Positions 37,741 to 51,350 are shown, numbered from the stretch's first letter. The stretch: DNA of 64,000 bases from Felis catus (GCF_018350175.1 NC_058375.1:209560001-209624000); one strand, 5' to 3'. Numbers and translations: made by a program. Notes: generated by a model from the letters alone, not told the origin.

Positions 37741-38354
37741 TTTTCTTCATTAATTTTGATCTTAAATATAAAAAGAGTTGAACTTAAGCCTGGCCAACCC
37801 CAAGGGCCAAAGGGTGCAGCAGCTATTTGCTAATAGGCACCTCCAAAAGAGGGCTACAGTTAGAATGAAACAGCAGTGTTTGCACGAGCGGAAAGCGTGA
37901 GAGAGTGACACTCAGGAACCATATTTGAATCCAAGGGAAAGGTTACCATGCTTGGCTGGGAGGAGAGTGTCCAGTCCCCACTCACGTCTTGAGGAGAGTA
38001 ACGCAGTAGTTGGAATGGAAGGTAGAGTTAGCTAATGTTGTTCATTGTTCTTAATGCCCAGTTTCCTCATCGGTGCCAGTTTTGTGCTCAGAGACTGCCC
38101 GAGTGCATTTCTGAGAAGCAGCGCCATGATCACCCACTTCCACCAGTGGCCCTGTCATAAACTTTCCTTGGAGCCTGGGTCTTTTTTGCCAGAAATACAG
38201 AATGAAGACCAGGCAAGGAAGACTTCCTGTGTCTACAGCCTTTTAAACTTTACAGATATAAACAGATAGATTGAACTCTTTTGGCACGAAAGAAGCGCTA
38301 TTGTCCAAAAGTTGTAAAAATGTTGAGACCCAAAATTACTCTACGGGGTCTACA

Positions 38355-38575
38355 TGTATTGGGTACCAGCTACGGGTGAAGCGCTACTTGAAATGCACTG
38401 GGAATGACAGGAGTATCTTCAATGCTTAAGAAACCTCTTCAGGGTAAATAGCATCATCCCCACGTTACAAACGGTAAAACAATAGCTCTGGGAAGTTAAG
38501 TGATTTTCCCATGGTCTCTGAGCTAGTAAACAGCATTTCCCGGTTGGCTTAGGACTGTCTAATTCCAACGCTACA
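38355..38575 (-). mobile_element. MIR SINE
   Basis: catcatccccacgttaca..gaagttaagtgattttcccatggtc..gctagtaa. Confidence 0.8.
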
Positions 38576-39734
38576 GCATAGTTTTTCTAGAAGAAAAACT
38601 TACCTCTCCGTGACCACCAAAGGAAAAGTTAAATGGCATATTTCAACTGTGTGGTCATCTCTGTTGAAAATCTTTGTAGGTTGTTTTCATTGGGGCTCAA
38701 CATTTTTATGGAACATGCACAGGGAGCATCATCTTCATACTTGAAGTACTATAGTGTGGTTTCCTAGAGAAGATGTTGGGAGTTGGTAAGTTCCAAAGAG
38801 AAATGCTCTTTCTAAATTTTTTGGCTGAGGGTTTCTTTGTGTCATGAAGATCAACTCCATTGCTGGGGCACGGAAGAATAAAAATAGATTTCCTGTTAGT
38901 AGTAACAAGTAGGAATTGTTTGTCTGCCAGAAGGAAATTCTTTCATTCTTTTCCTGCTTCAGTTCTTTCCCTGCCAACAAGTAAACAAAGTTCATCGTTA
39001 AGTGAGTCAGAGCCAACTTCATAAATGGCTGGTGTAGGTGGTCACCTACCAGAATGACCTCAGAGATGTGAAGACAAGGGGGTTGAGCCCAGGAAAGGCT
39101 TGAGAGCACTAGCCAGGCAAAGACCCTCCTTTCACCCCAAAAACAAAGGAGGGAAAAAGTTTAACTTTGGTGAACTTACCCCAAATTAAACTTATTCAAA
39201 AAATCTAGAAATTAAGGTTATCATTAGCAAACATGCATGGATTATGTCATTGCCAAAGTAAAGTTTTATTTTAATTACATGTAAGAGAAGGGGATTACCT
39301 CATCATACTCCTTTCCGAGGCTGAGTGCCTATAAAGTATGAAATCTGATTCAACTAAACTAAACACCCCTTATTAAACATCTCCCCACATGGTTACCTAA
39401 AATACCACCTTAGCAATTAATTCCTTTTTGCCAAAGTGTTCTTTTCCTTCTGGATATGTTTTCTTTTTTGAGCCAAATGCTCTGAGGGCTAATACATTAA
39501 TTTCATATACCTGTGGGAAAAATAGTTTATCAGATGTGTTTTCTCCACTCCAGGAACCTGGACCCCCAAGAAAACATTTGGCAAAGGGGGTGGTAGGTAT
39601 CCAACTTCAACCAATGTGTAGAGTTGAGGGGAGAAAGCACTAGGGGAAATTTGTGCTGGTCTAATATTTTTGCCAGCCCCTAATTCTATACAAATTGCTA
39701 GAGCATCCTACCAATTGCGAAATTCTGTGATTTC

Positions 39735-39885
39735 AAGAAACCATCTCTTTGCTTTGGATCTTTGGTGAATCCAGCAGAAATCACAGTCCCTTCTCCCCAG
39801 GGGGAAAAGAATGCACACAGCCATCCACATGAAAAGCATTGCACCAGCTTTTAGTGTTGACGGGTTCCTGAAACCCAGGTTACAA
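39735..39885. mobile_element. hAT-Charlie MITE remnant (Charlie4z-like)
   Basis: ctttggtgaatc..cccttctccccag..aatgcacac..cccaggtta. Confidence 0.5.
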
Positions 39886-39892
39886 TTAGGTA

Positions 39893-39995
39893 GCCCTCAT
39901 ATTTTATAAACAAAGAAGTGGAGAGCCAGAGAGAAGTGCTTTGCCCAAAGTCACACAGGTAGTGGCGAGGCAAAGACAAGATTTGAAGTATTCAC
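39893..39995 (-). mobile_element. MIR fragment
   Basis: attttataaacaaagaagtggag..ttgcccaaagtcacacag. Confidence 0.72.
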
Positions 39996-40744
39996 ACAGC
40001 CATTTAAAGAAATTCCACCCCCACCTCCATCAGACTCCCATCTGTCAAACATTTCAGCAAACACAAATGGTAGAGTTACTCTGTTCAGGAAGAAGTTTGT
40101 TTAGCTCAGACCAACTCATTTTATTTTTCAACAGATGAAGTAAACCAGATTCAGAGGTCTACATTTTTTTTTCACATATGGGGCATGGGACCCTGCTAAC
40201 TGGAATAGTAGCTGTGTGGTGGAGATGACAGGGGGATGTAAAATTAAATGGACAACTTGAATTTAACCCAGAAACATGCTGCTGATATAAAAAATAAGTT
40301 GGCTGTTTGAGATGCCTCATTAACATTTCCTCCTTGAATTGTGTTTGTGTGTGGGGCCCGTGTGTGTGTGTCTGTGTGCACGCACGTGCATGAGTGGTGT
40401 GGTATGCATGTGTGTGTGCGTTTGTCTGCCATCTTCTGTGACAAGAAATTAGAAGCTGCATTAACCTGGTGAGGAAAATCGCTTAAGAATTGAGTTTCAA
40501 GAAGCTGAGGAACACTTTCATCTTGACTTAACTGGAAACCCTCAAAAGCACTAGAGAAAGTTGGACTTGATGGGGGTGGGGTGTGGAGGAGAGGGTATAG
40601 GTTGTGTCTGGAGAATTGAAACTGTAAATCGAGAACTTTCCATATGGCATTTTCTGACAACCTAGGGTCATAAATGTATACGAGGATTTCAAAGAACGTG
40701 GATTTTTGTTGTTGTTTCCATGGCTTTCAATTATTGAAACTCTA

Positions 40745-40975
40745 AAACAAAGCTCTGGAGTTAACTGGGCTCAGCTGGGATTCTAGCTCTACCTTTACCC
40801 ACTGAGTGACCCTAGGCAAGTTCTTTTTCTAGACCTTGATTTCTTTTTTCCTCTGTAAAATGGTGTTTTATATAATATCTACAAAACCTTTGGGATGAAG
40901 GGTTACATGGGTGCATGAGCTGATCCATGACCAGCCTCAGACATGTAGCAAAAATGCCACTAAAGGTGAGCTGGG
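40745..40975 (+). mobile_element. MIR SINE
   Basis: gctctggagt..gtgaccctaggcaagtt..tctgtaaaatgg. Confidence 0.78.
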
Positions 40976-41427
40976 GGTGTTACTTGGATTTTCACCATAT
41001 TTGATCCAGGAGAAAGTTGCGAATTGATGGGCTGGTGTCTGGGGACCTCAGTTTCTTCACATTAGTTGAGTATAAGGAGTTGCTCCTGATGACAGATAAA
41101 GGACTCTGCTCCACAGCAACAATTTGTGATTCTATGATGCGTTCTGGTTTTTTTGAAAGATGGCTGTGGGAGGCTTTCCCCACCTCCTTGCTCTCACTCT
41201 CCTCATGCCAGCTTTCTGGTCCTCACCACCGCTCCATTTCAGTGCTGTACCTATCTCCCACTCTCCACCTAACCGGCTATCCAGGTCAACATCAGCAACC
41301 ATCTAGGACATGACTTCTCAAATCTGTGCACCAGCTTCACTGCATACCGGGCCCTTGAAAGAACCCCAAACACTCGCTGGGAGGGGGGTGTTAAGGAATC
41401 CATTTAATCAACTGATATAAATTCAAT

Positions 41428-41655
41428 TTATTTTATTTTATTTTATTTTATTTTATTTTATTTTATTTTGAGAGAGAGAGAGAACATGAGAAGGGAAGAG
41501 GGGCAGAAGGAGAGAGAGAGAGAGAAAGAGAGAGAGAGAAAGAATCTCAAGCAGGCTCCAAGCCCATCATGGGGCTCCATATCAAGACCCTGGGATCATG
41601 ACCTGAGCTGAAATCAAGAGTGGGATGCTCAACTGACTGAGCCACCCAGGCACCC
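41428..41655 (-). mobile_element. Can-SINE with (TTTTA)n tail
   Basis: Pentanucleotide-expanded tail; TSD core aattcaa. Confidence 0.93.
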
Positions 41656-41940
41656 CATTAATTCAACTTCTAAAATAAAGTCACATTCAGTGAGGGTGGG
41701 ACTGAAATACAGTTTCTTTGTACATAAAACAAGTGGTCCAGATTTGAGAGTACCTCCAATGACAGCTCCAAGGGGACAAGAGCTGGGTTATTATGAGAGT
41801 ATCTCTTACACATAACACATAATAGTTCCTTGATAATATTGTGGGTGAATAAATATTGGGACTCTATAACAATTTTAAAAAGTACCAAGCAATTGCCTTC
41901 CTAGCTAATGACCCAATTGATGACAATGGTTCTTCTTTTT

Positions 41941-42155
41941 TAAAATTTTTTTTTCAATGTTTATTTATTTTTGGGACAGAGAGAGACAGAGTATGAACGG
42001 GGGAGGGGCAGAGAGAGGGAGACACAGAATCAGAAACAGGCTCCAGGCTCCGAGCCATCAGCCCAGAGCCCGACGCGGGGCTCGAACTCACGGACCGCGA
42101 GATCGTGACCTGGCTGAAGTCGGACGCTTAACCGACTGCGCCACCCAGGCGCCCC
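41941..42155 (-). mobile_element. Very young Can-SINE
   Basis: Nearly all CpGs intact; TSD ggttcttcttttt. Confidence 0.97.
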
Positions 42156-42780
42156 AGGTTCTTCTTTTTTAATCCAGCAATTCTCAAATATTTTCTCTTT
42201 GTCTCGTAGGTTTCCAGGTATTATCTTCCTGACTGGAATTCATGCTCTTGGCCCTGGTTTCCATTCTCAGCATGACAGTTGATGACAAGTTAGAAAAGGA
42301 GATTGGAAAAGGATGCCTGTTTATTGTCTCTCTGATTGGTTGAGGTCCTGCTGTTCTGGATACCACAAACTACTTTGAACTCCCCTTGGAATTCTTGAGG
42401 AAACCCAGCCCCCTTTGAAAAGGACAGACTTTTCATTTGTTTCTACCTTTTGTGGGGGAGGTTGGCTGTTAATCTAGAAATACTGAGGCACCAAGAAAAA
42501 GGTATCATCCCAGATTTACCCTAATTCAGCTGTACATGCCTAACTATAAATAAGTACTTCAGTGTAAGTGACATTTAAAGAAGTCCTTTTAGCACTTCAG
42601 TGATCAACTGTACAAGGACTAAGAAGCTCTGATAATATGATCATAAACTCTGTCCAATAGCAATATAGTGGTGGCCTCAGAGCTTCTTGACACTTTTTTA
42701 GCACACTGGGGAGAATTTCAGAAGCCCAGGGCACAAAACGTTGCTTCATCCCAAATATGACTCTTGAAAAACATCAGTTA

Positions 42781-42987
42781 CAAGGATCAGCAAACATTTT
42801 CTATATAGGCCAGATAATATTTTATTTGGGGGCCATTTGGTCTTTGTCCCAACTACTCAACTCTGCTGTTACAGTGTTAGAGGCAATAAATAAATGAATG
42901 AGCATGGCTACATTCCAATAATACTTTATTTACAAAAACAGGCAGCTGGCTGGATTTGGCTCACAGGCCTTAGCTGTCTGACCTCTG
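42781..42987. mobile_element. MER58A-like hAT-Charlie MITE
   Basis: caaggatcagcaaac..caactactcaactctgc..tttatttacaaaaacaggc..ctgacctctg; terminal inverted repeats. Confidence 0.88.
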
Positions 42988-43698
42988 ACTGATTGATCAT
43001 GGTATGGTGTGATGTATGGTAATATTGACATGTGGGATTCACTGAGATTCCCACCCAACCCCCTTTGTGCTTTTTTAAAATAATAGTTTGCTTTAACATT
43101 ATGGAAATAAGACAGGATCATTGTAAACACAGAAAAATAGAAAAGCTAGAATTAAAATCATCTATAATGCCATCAGACATACCACTTCTTAACATTTGGG
43201 GATATTTTGGTTTTTGTTTGTGATTTTGTTTTATAGAATCAGAAGAATGCTGTATAACACTGTAAGTAAAAATTTACCTAATTCCTTTGTTTTTATGATA
43301 ATCCCTATGTAAGTTGAAACTAATTTCTACTTTAGAGACTGTTTTTTATTTTTTCTTTTTTTTTTCCAGAAGCAGTGAGGATCTCCAACAATATCATTCC
43401 TTCTCTCCCATTTACAACTAAGAACATGATGCTTGAGATTTGGGGTGATATACATGTAGGACAGAGCAGAAAGGATAATGCTTATCAAGCACCAACAACA
43501 CATTCCTTTAAGGTCAGGGTGTAAAATAACCCTGGAGAGATGTGTGTTTTGGGGAAACAACTGATTACTAATACAGTGTCATGAGGTCTTTGTTAAAATC
43601 TATTTGGTAAAAGCTCTTCAGGAAACTCTGTGTAGTTTGTGTGTAGTCCAAGCTTTGAGAAGCACTGTGGACTGGTGGGGTTCAAAGTACAGCAACTT

Positions 43699-43907
43699 GG
43701 GGTGCCTGGGTGGCTCAGTCGGTTGGGCGTCCGACTTCAGCTCAGGTCACGATCTCACAGTCCGTGAGTTCGAGCCCCGCGTCGGGCTCTGGGCCGATGG
43801 CCCAGAGCCTGGAGCCTGCTTCCGATTCTGTGTCTCCCTCTCTCTCTGCCCCTCCCCCGTTCATGCTCTGTCTCTCTCTGTCTCAAAAATAAATAAACAT
43901 TAAAAAG
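43699..43907 (+). mobile_element. Can-SINE (young)
   Basis: CpG-rich; TSD ttcaaa(g/a)taca. Confidence 0.96.
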
Positions 43908-43948
43908 AATTCAAAATACAACACCTTCATATATTAAATATTTTAAAC

Positions 43949-44382
43949 TGAAGGAGTTTAAGAAAACAGCAGAAGCAGGAAGATCACTCTGACCTTCTCC
44001 CCTGGAACAGGTCATAACATGCTCACGTGAGTGGTGCCTGCCCTATACCCACAGGAAAAGAGCATACTTCTCTCCAAAAACAAAGGGGTGTCTGGAAAGA
44101 ATCTGAACAAGCAGGCCTTGCTGTTTCCCTGTTTACTACCATAACCTCATACTCCTTAACCTTTCACCTTCCTCCACAATTGCCCGCTTTTCATCAAACC
44201 AAGCCTAAACATCCTCATCTAGCTGTTTCTTTGGGTCTTTGTTTCCTTAGGAAATTTCCCGTGTTATGCAAAATTTATATTGAATAAATTTGTGTGCTCT
44301 CCTCCTGTCAATCTTTGTCAGTTTAATTTTCAGACCAAGCCAGGAACCTTAAGAGTCAATGAAAACTCTTTCCTCCCCTGCA
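43949..44382 (+). mobile_element. ERV1-class solo LTR (MER34-like)
   Basis: TGAAGGAG start, aatctgaacaagcaggccttgct, aataaatttgtgtgct, ttcctcccctgCA end. Confidence 0.8.
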
Positions 44383-45049
44383 GGGTATAGCAGAGAGGGA
44401 ATTCCTGTATTGGAGGAGTTTCTACTATTCTTTCACTTCACGTGAGGCCTTGTTCTTCAACTCGTTGAGACTCAGGCAACCACCTGCTCATGTTTTCCCT
44501 CTGGCTAATCTCTGTCATTTATCTGATCATTGATAATCCATAAGAGAGAACCTAAGAAGTTCTGATTTACCTCTATTTACAGAGGTAATATGTAAAACCT
44601 AATGCCCAAAAACACAGTGGTTTGGATTTTATGCAGCTTTCACATTTCACCTGCTGCCCATGTTCATTCCTAAAATAAAGCCAAATATTTCTATTCTGCT
44701 GCTTTTTGAAAGGGGCATACCTATTGAGAAAAACAAGAAGGAACCAGAAAAAAAGATTTTTGACACAAATAAACGAAGCTAGACACAAAGGTAAAGAATG
44801 GAAACAAACCTAATAAGGCCCTGTTACTTTCTAGGGTGAAAGTTATTAAGATGAACAGAACTTCACTTTCAAGCTCCTATGAGACCATACTTGCTCAGCA
44901 AATTTATAACACAGGGCAGCTGGAGCGATAAATGTTTTTCATGTACAGAACTTAAGTTTTACTTAAATACTTAGAAACCAAAGACTTGCAGTGGCATCGA
45001 TGAGAATACACACTTGGCCATCAAGTCACCCTCACTGCAGGGGCTGCTC

Positions 45050-45215
45050 TGAAGCATCCTAGCCAGTGACACACATGTGCCCCTTCTCGCCTCTGCTTCC
45101 ACATCTGGGAAACAGGAATACGGATAATACCTACCTCTGGGTTGCTGGAAAGATGAGGTGAGACAATTGATGTAACTTCCTGGTATCTAACCTAGAATGA
45201 ATGCAGAGTAATGTC
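45050..45215 (+). mobile_element. MIR fragment
   Basis: gcctctgcttccacatctg..ataatacctacctc..gggttgct. Confidence 0.7.
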
Positions 45216-45757
45216 GCTTCAGAGAGATAATACCAGATACTCGATTATTAATGCTCCTAGTCCTTTCATCCACCTTTTATGTGCTCTGGTTTATTTCTGT
45301 ATATGTGTAAAAGGCAATAAGACAGGCTATAAATGGCACCATCAATTCATTCCAACTAGACTTCCCTCAAATTACTCCTAATTAGTGATGTTCACATATA
45401 ATTTCAATAGGGGCTAGAGTGATGTTTGGTGTGTAATACTACAGGGAGGGCAAAGTCAGTTACTGTCATTGTTTTTCTTTTGAAAATAAATGGACAAAGT
45501 TAATGTAAAGCAAAGATGAACTAATGACTTCAAGCATTTATTCAATCATGTTCTGTGCTGCTTTTTAGCAATAAGGATACCATTTACAATGTAGGCAGAG
45601 GGAAGACCGTGCTAGCCTGTTGCACCAAATAAGAAAACTTAGGCTTTTTACTCTCAGTGGAGTATCAGCCTCATTAAAAAAAACGTTTTTTAAGTTAATC
45701 TTGAGTCTGTTCTAACAATGTAAGACACAACAATCACCTATTTAAATTGCTTAAGTT

Positions 45758-45975
45758 AGGGGTACCTGGGTGGCTCAGTCAGTTAAGCATCCAACTTCAG
45801 TTCAGGTCACGATCTCATGGGTTCATGGGTTTGAGCCCCATGTCAGGCTGTGTACTGACAGCTCAGAGCCCACAGCCTGCTTCAGATTTTGTGTGTGTCT
45901 CTCTCTCTGCCTGTCTCCTGCTCACACTCTGTCTTTGTCTCTGTCTCTCTCTCAAAAAATAAACATTAAAAAAAT
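45758..45975 (+). mobile_element. Can-SINE
   Basis: TSD aaattgcttaag. Confidence 0.95.
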
Positions 45976-46139
45976 AAATTGCTTAAGCAAGAAAGCTCAA
46001 TTTGGGAGAAGGTAGAGGAGTTGGCTGTTTCTATATTGGCAACATGCTTTCTTATTTGCAAAAGTCATCGGTGTCCTATCTTTTCTAGTGGTGAAACAAT
46101 CCAAAAGGTTCCACTTGCACAGAAATCGGGATTTCTCAC

Positions 46140-46480
46140 TTGCCCACCATGAGTCACCTGTTTAAACACATGTTCCTACACAGCTCCAGGGAATCAGCAT
46201 TTCTAAGTGACTTTAGCAATCAGATACTTTCCCTGTACTAGTGTCCTATACAGTGTAAACAGTGGTGGCAGTAACCACGGCTGATGCCCAGACCCCATTC
46301 CAAAGAATCGGCCATCTTTGGAGTGGGTCTGGCCATTGATGTTCTTTAAAAGCTATCCAGATGACGACAATGTGTCACCAGTGCATCTCTAGCCCCGTCC
46401 CCATAACCCATCAATGACAATCTGCATTTGAACAACCTCTTGGGGGATCCATGTGCACACTGAAAGTTTTGGCAAGGCTG
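46140..46480. mobile_element. MER5-like hAT-Charlie fragments
   Basis: gatgcccagacccca; atctgcatttgaacaacctc..atgtgcacactgaaagttt. Confidence 0.6.
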
Positions 46481-47859
46481 TTCCAGTGCCTATCAACAGA
46501 ACATCTATCTTTCCATCCCAAGGAGAATGGATTTTTGCTTCCCTCTTCCCATTTTACCAACAACAACAAAAGCAGCTTAAAATCTTTCCAGGGTCTTTTT
46601 CTTTATGCTCTTGGCCACTGAAAGCCAACTGACAAGGGACAGTGTGAAGCAAACCTATCTGTTCCAAAATCATTTATTAAAGTATGTTAAATGGTGTATG
46701 CTCTTACCCAAATGCCCCAGCAACTCTTTTAATTGGCAGTTTTGTTTCACATCCCATAACCAAAAACATTAAGGATCACTAGCATTCACATCCGTGAATT
46801 CATTGAGACAATTTTCTTTAATTAACAATGAAGACACTACAGTTCTAAGTACCAGACAAAATCGGGGGGAAGGGGGGACCGAAAATAAGCATAACACTAT
46901 AAAGAAAACTAGGAAAAGTGAAACACTTCTAAATAAAAATATATACCTGGCCTGGTACCTATTACATATATACATAATACATATGTTATACACATATATA
47001 CAGTAAATGTTTTGGTAGCAATACAGACCATGCATTGGTCCTTTTGTACACGGATGAAGTAGCACCATGGACAGCACCACCATCTTAAGATGATAAACCA
47101 AACTGCACATACATTAAATGAAAAAAATATATATATGTATTTAATTTGGCCCACCCTGCAGCCAAGAGGTGTAATGAAAGAACTTTGTAAGGAAAATTGT
47201 CCTGGGAACTACATTCTTAAGCCAAATAGCAAAGTTCTAAGACAAACAAACAAAAACAAACAAAAACAAACACAAAACAGCACTCAAGAGGTCTATACAA
47301 ATACAGACAAGTTTTCCTGTTTACTGAATTTGTCCTATTATGTGGCAGACTGGTTCACACCAGGGAAATTAACAACAGAAGCAAGGAGAGATTTAAATGC
47401 CAGGTGAATGGCAAGGGTTGAAAACACCAGAGCTCTTGGTGTATACATCACAAATGCCAAGTCATCAACAATGAAAGGAAGGCAACTCTCCAGCTGAATC
47501 ATTTTCTAATCTTATTAACTAATTATAAGCTCTCCATTACTGATACATTCCTTAAGAATGGGGTCAAACACCTTCACTATCTTTCTACCTCTTCACCACA
47601 TCGAACTAGATGCTCTGGTTACAAGAAGTGGGAAACCCAACATGCCATCCGACCCATGCTTTCTCCACCCAGGTGTAGGAGACATGGACATACAGAGCTA
47701 CACTAGGTAGGACCTCCAAGATCTTCTATGGCTTGGTTTTGGAAATGATCAAAGGCACCGGTGTCTAACCCTCGATGTTCTGACTATAGGAAGGCTGTTT
47801 TGCTTTCCACAGCGGATGTCTTTCTCTCAGTATTGGTGAGGCCAGATTTCCTCACATCC

Positions 47860-48180
47860 CAAGAAATGCATCCTTCTTCCTCTCAACTTTTTCAGCAGCC
47901 TTTATGAATGCAGCGTTACCTCCACCTAACACACACGGTGTCCTAGGAACACTAACTCCCCCGTCAAGTCATTGCAAAGCAGCAATTTCATATGTGGCTT
48001 CTATCCATCTCCATATTCCTCCCAAGGGGTCCTCCTGATCTCCCCAGTCAAGGTCTTACTTCCCGCAGTGTCTCTGGTTTCAGCACCTCTTTGTGTGATG
48101 GACTGACCCACAGAGTTCTGCCAAAGCACTCAGAGCATTTCACATCTCTCCCATTTTTCATGGCTCTACTGTCAGTGGAC
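47860..48180 (+). mobile_element. Degenerate L2-like fragment
   Basis: Pyrimidine-rich L2 ORF2-like remnant: tcagcagc.., tggtttcagcacc, cttactt, ccctccc. Confidence 0.35.
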
Positions 48181-50784
48181 GATGAGCTCCCCTCCCATTT
48201 TTAAACCACCTGCAGTAAACAAAATTAAAGTTTTCAACTACATGGTGTATTGCATTCAGGATGCGAGATTGAACAAAATGGGCTTCAGGGTTGTAAAATG
48301 CTGTTTCTTACAGGACAGTAAAATTGTTTCTTAATATGTTAAATGTCCCAAAATTAAGTTAGGAGACAACAGAGGAAAAAAGGTTAAAAATCTCTACTTT
48401 TGGCTAGATGGTGTTCAGTAAACCCACTGTTGCAGTCAACCTAGATTAGTTAAGAAAGTCCCTGACCTTTGAAAGTTAGCGAGAAATAGCCACAAATGTA
48501 ACATCGGTACTGAATTGTCATTATTGACTCAGGTGGTTGATCATTAATGGATTCTCTTCACTTCTAGCTGGTTCTAGGATTTTTTTTTCCCAGAATGAAG
48601 ATATTCTCAAAGTCATGAAATATATTTGTTCTTTCTACAAAGGAGAATTTTAAAACTCTGCCTAGGTCTCTAAGAAAGAACACTATAAAAGGTTGGTCTC
48701 ATGAGGAAAAGCCACTAACTTATAGGTTAACCAGAGGCCACTAGAAGCCCCATTAATGTAATTCCTTGGCTGGCCTACAAATACTTGGAAATGGATAAAA
48801 GCCAGCTCTCAATAGGAACTGAACACAAGGATTTAGCGGCTGATGTTGCTCAAGGTCAACCCCTCTGTAGTCAGAGCATGAGTTTTTGCCTTAAATACCA
48901 GCAACTTCCAGTTTTAAATTGATGAGGTTGGATACCACCACCAGACCCAGCTCAGGGACCCCTAGAAGCAGCTTCTATAAGATTTTCTAACTTTATGCTA
49001 CGTGACTCAACAAAGCATCAGAGAAATTAACCAAGAGATGGCTTTTCCAGTCTGTTCATTTCTGTTCTCACCCAAAAGATGTCGATACTCCACACACAGA
49101 GGTATCTTGGCAATACATAGTCAAAACTTAGCTTCCTTGAGAAATAATAACCAGCTTCACAGGCAAAGTGGTTGGGGCTGACTTTGTTCATTGATTTCTC
49201 TTTAACTACCTATGTCCCCAGTAGAAGACAGCAGGACAGCTTGCTTTCTTCCTACACTAGCAAGAGTATGAGTCAGAATACTCGAAACATTTAAGTTAGT
49301 TTGACGAAGAAAGTCTTTTTTATAAAAGTGTAAAAAAAAAAATTCGTATCAGATTTTTAAAATCGGTAGTGTCCTCTCCTCATAGGAAATGATGTAATTC
49401 AGCAAGTTCCTTGAAAACAATGGATTCTTACGACCACAGACCTATTCATCTTAGAAATTGATGAGCATGCAAATGATTGGAATCTGCCACAATGAACACT
49501 GTACAACAATCTGTGAGGTACATGCTATCTGGCTGAGTTAACAGAACGCAGGCCTTGCCAGCGTGAGGAATTCCATTTATGTCCACTCCCTTTTGAGTGG
49601 TCCCCCGACCAGTTGACGAGGGGCAGCGGCCACTGCAGTGCCCCCAACCCTGGCCCCTTCCGGGTCGCCTTTCCCCCACCCAGGGAGCTCAACCCATGGG
49701 AGAAATAAAATGTTGCTCTTTCTCAACAGCAGGGCTGGGAATTTTTGATAGAGAGTTTACACGGCCTCCGAAGAGCCTGACATTGGCATTAATTCACTTA
49801 ACCTTTAGGAAGTTCCCTGGCAAAAAAAAGATTAAAAACACTGTAGGCAATAGCTCGAAGTTATGTCCAGTGCCTTTTCTTTTTCATAAGGAAAAATTCC
49901 AAGATGTGTGTACTTTCCAAATAAGAGGAGGATTAACCTCTTCACTGCTGGCTAGATGTTTCAGTAGCTGGTCGTCAGGCATTGACATGCTCTCTGTACA
50001 CTGGGTTTTATTAACTAATCACTAGAAGGCCAGTACCCACCAGGGCAAATGGGCCAAATTACATTCAGTTAAATAATGTGGCACGGGATGATCTCAGAAA
50101 ACAGGACATAAGGGTCTTATGGAAAGTGACATGTAGCCCTGGTCATGATAAAAAACATTTTTCTGGAGTTTTAATTTCTGGTTAGAAATGAAAGACAAGT
50201 ACTCACTTGTCTTACCATCTTTCCCGAGACGATGCAGGAAATAAAAGATCCTAATGTGTGCACAGAAAAAAAAAAATGGTAGCAATGGAGCAGGAAGCTT
50301 ACAGAAGTGGGGGGAGGGGGAGAAGAAAAGATCAACAGTCTCTAGTTTATTATGAATAGAAAGAAATTTCCAGAATTTACAAACACCCACATTGTTCATT
50401 CCAAAGAGAGCTTTTGATTTGAAGGAATCACCCAAGTCTCCTCCTCTTTACAGTATATACAATGGAAGTCTTTGATTTCTTTTAGTTGTGATTTTACTTC
50501 CATCCAATTGCCAATTTTACGCTGACACTTGAAAATACCCAGTAGAATATACCCTTCTTCAGTTTAATTAACATGGCCTATTGCCTTACAGGAAAAATAC
50601 AAAATTAAGGTCAATTCTTGTAAGGATCTCAGCTCAACATCAGGGCTATATTACAAGAGATAGTATCAGCAAATATAACTATACAATTGAGAACCATCTA
50701 ATGGTACTATGATTCTTATTATATTATTTTTCTGAATTACAATCTTAAAACAAGGATCGTACCCTATTCTACTCTTGTTAGCCT

Positions 50785-50996
50785 NNNNNNNNNNNNNNNN
50801 NNNNNNNNNNNNNNNNNNNNNNNNNNNNNNNNNNNNNNNNNNNNNNNNNNNNNNNNNNNNNNNNNNNNNNNNNNNNNNNNNNNNNNNNNNNNNNNNNNNN
50901 NNNNNNNNNNNNNNNNNNNNNNNNNNNNNNNNNNNNNNNNNNNNNNNNNNNNNNNNNNNNNNNNNNNNNNNNNNNNNNNNNNNNNNNNNNNNNNNN
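50785..50996. other. Assembly gap
   Basis: N run. Confidence 1.
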
Positions 50997-51350
50997 TCAG
51001 CAGCAGATGAAATGTATCTTGTAAATGCAGTGAGAGTAAACCCCTTCTCTCGTGGCATGGAGGTGATCACATCAGCTCACGTGGCCAGCTGAGTCCTTAA
51101 GGTTGAAGATGAACTTAATGCAGACTCATTATTCTGGTGTCACAGTGCTTTTTTGCTTGGCACAATATAGTACGTGCAGTTCAGTCAAGGAACTCCTGAG
51201 GATTGTAGAAAGTAAACAAACTGAAATGGATGCATCGTACCATCTACTGAGGAGGAAGATGTGAGGTCCTGGTTGTGAATCATGAAATATTCAGAGTCTG
51301 GGTACCCATGAGTTAAGGGAAGATTTGCTGAGGTCATTCAGGTCTTCATT
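50997..51350 (-). ncRNA. Candidate spliced exon of a minus-strand, probably long non-coding transcript (3' boundary unknown, may run through the gap; LINC-PINT-like identity is an unverified guess)
   Basis: Minus strand reads CTGAC branch point (51375-51379), then CTTTTTATTTTTCTTTTCAG|AATGAAGACC with AG at 51351-51352. Unique sequence; all three frames stop within 20 codons; minus-strand AATAAA at 50346-50351 and 50007-50012. Confidence 0.55.

Noticed and set aside
38198-38210. cagaatgaagacc, identical to the junction of the 51350 exon on the other strand
   Set aside because: An isolated 13-mer match between two arbitrary sites is expected by chance in 64 kb; it does not extend.
47060-47068. 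TAGCACCAT, the miR-29 5' end on the plus strand
   Set aside because: A 9-nt match is expected by chance; no hairpin.
50666-51092. ORFs containing X runs (also 56806-57207)
   Set aside because: Artefacts of reading through N gaps.
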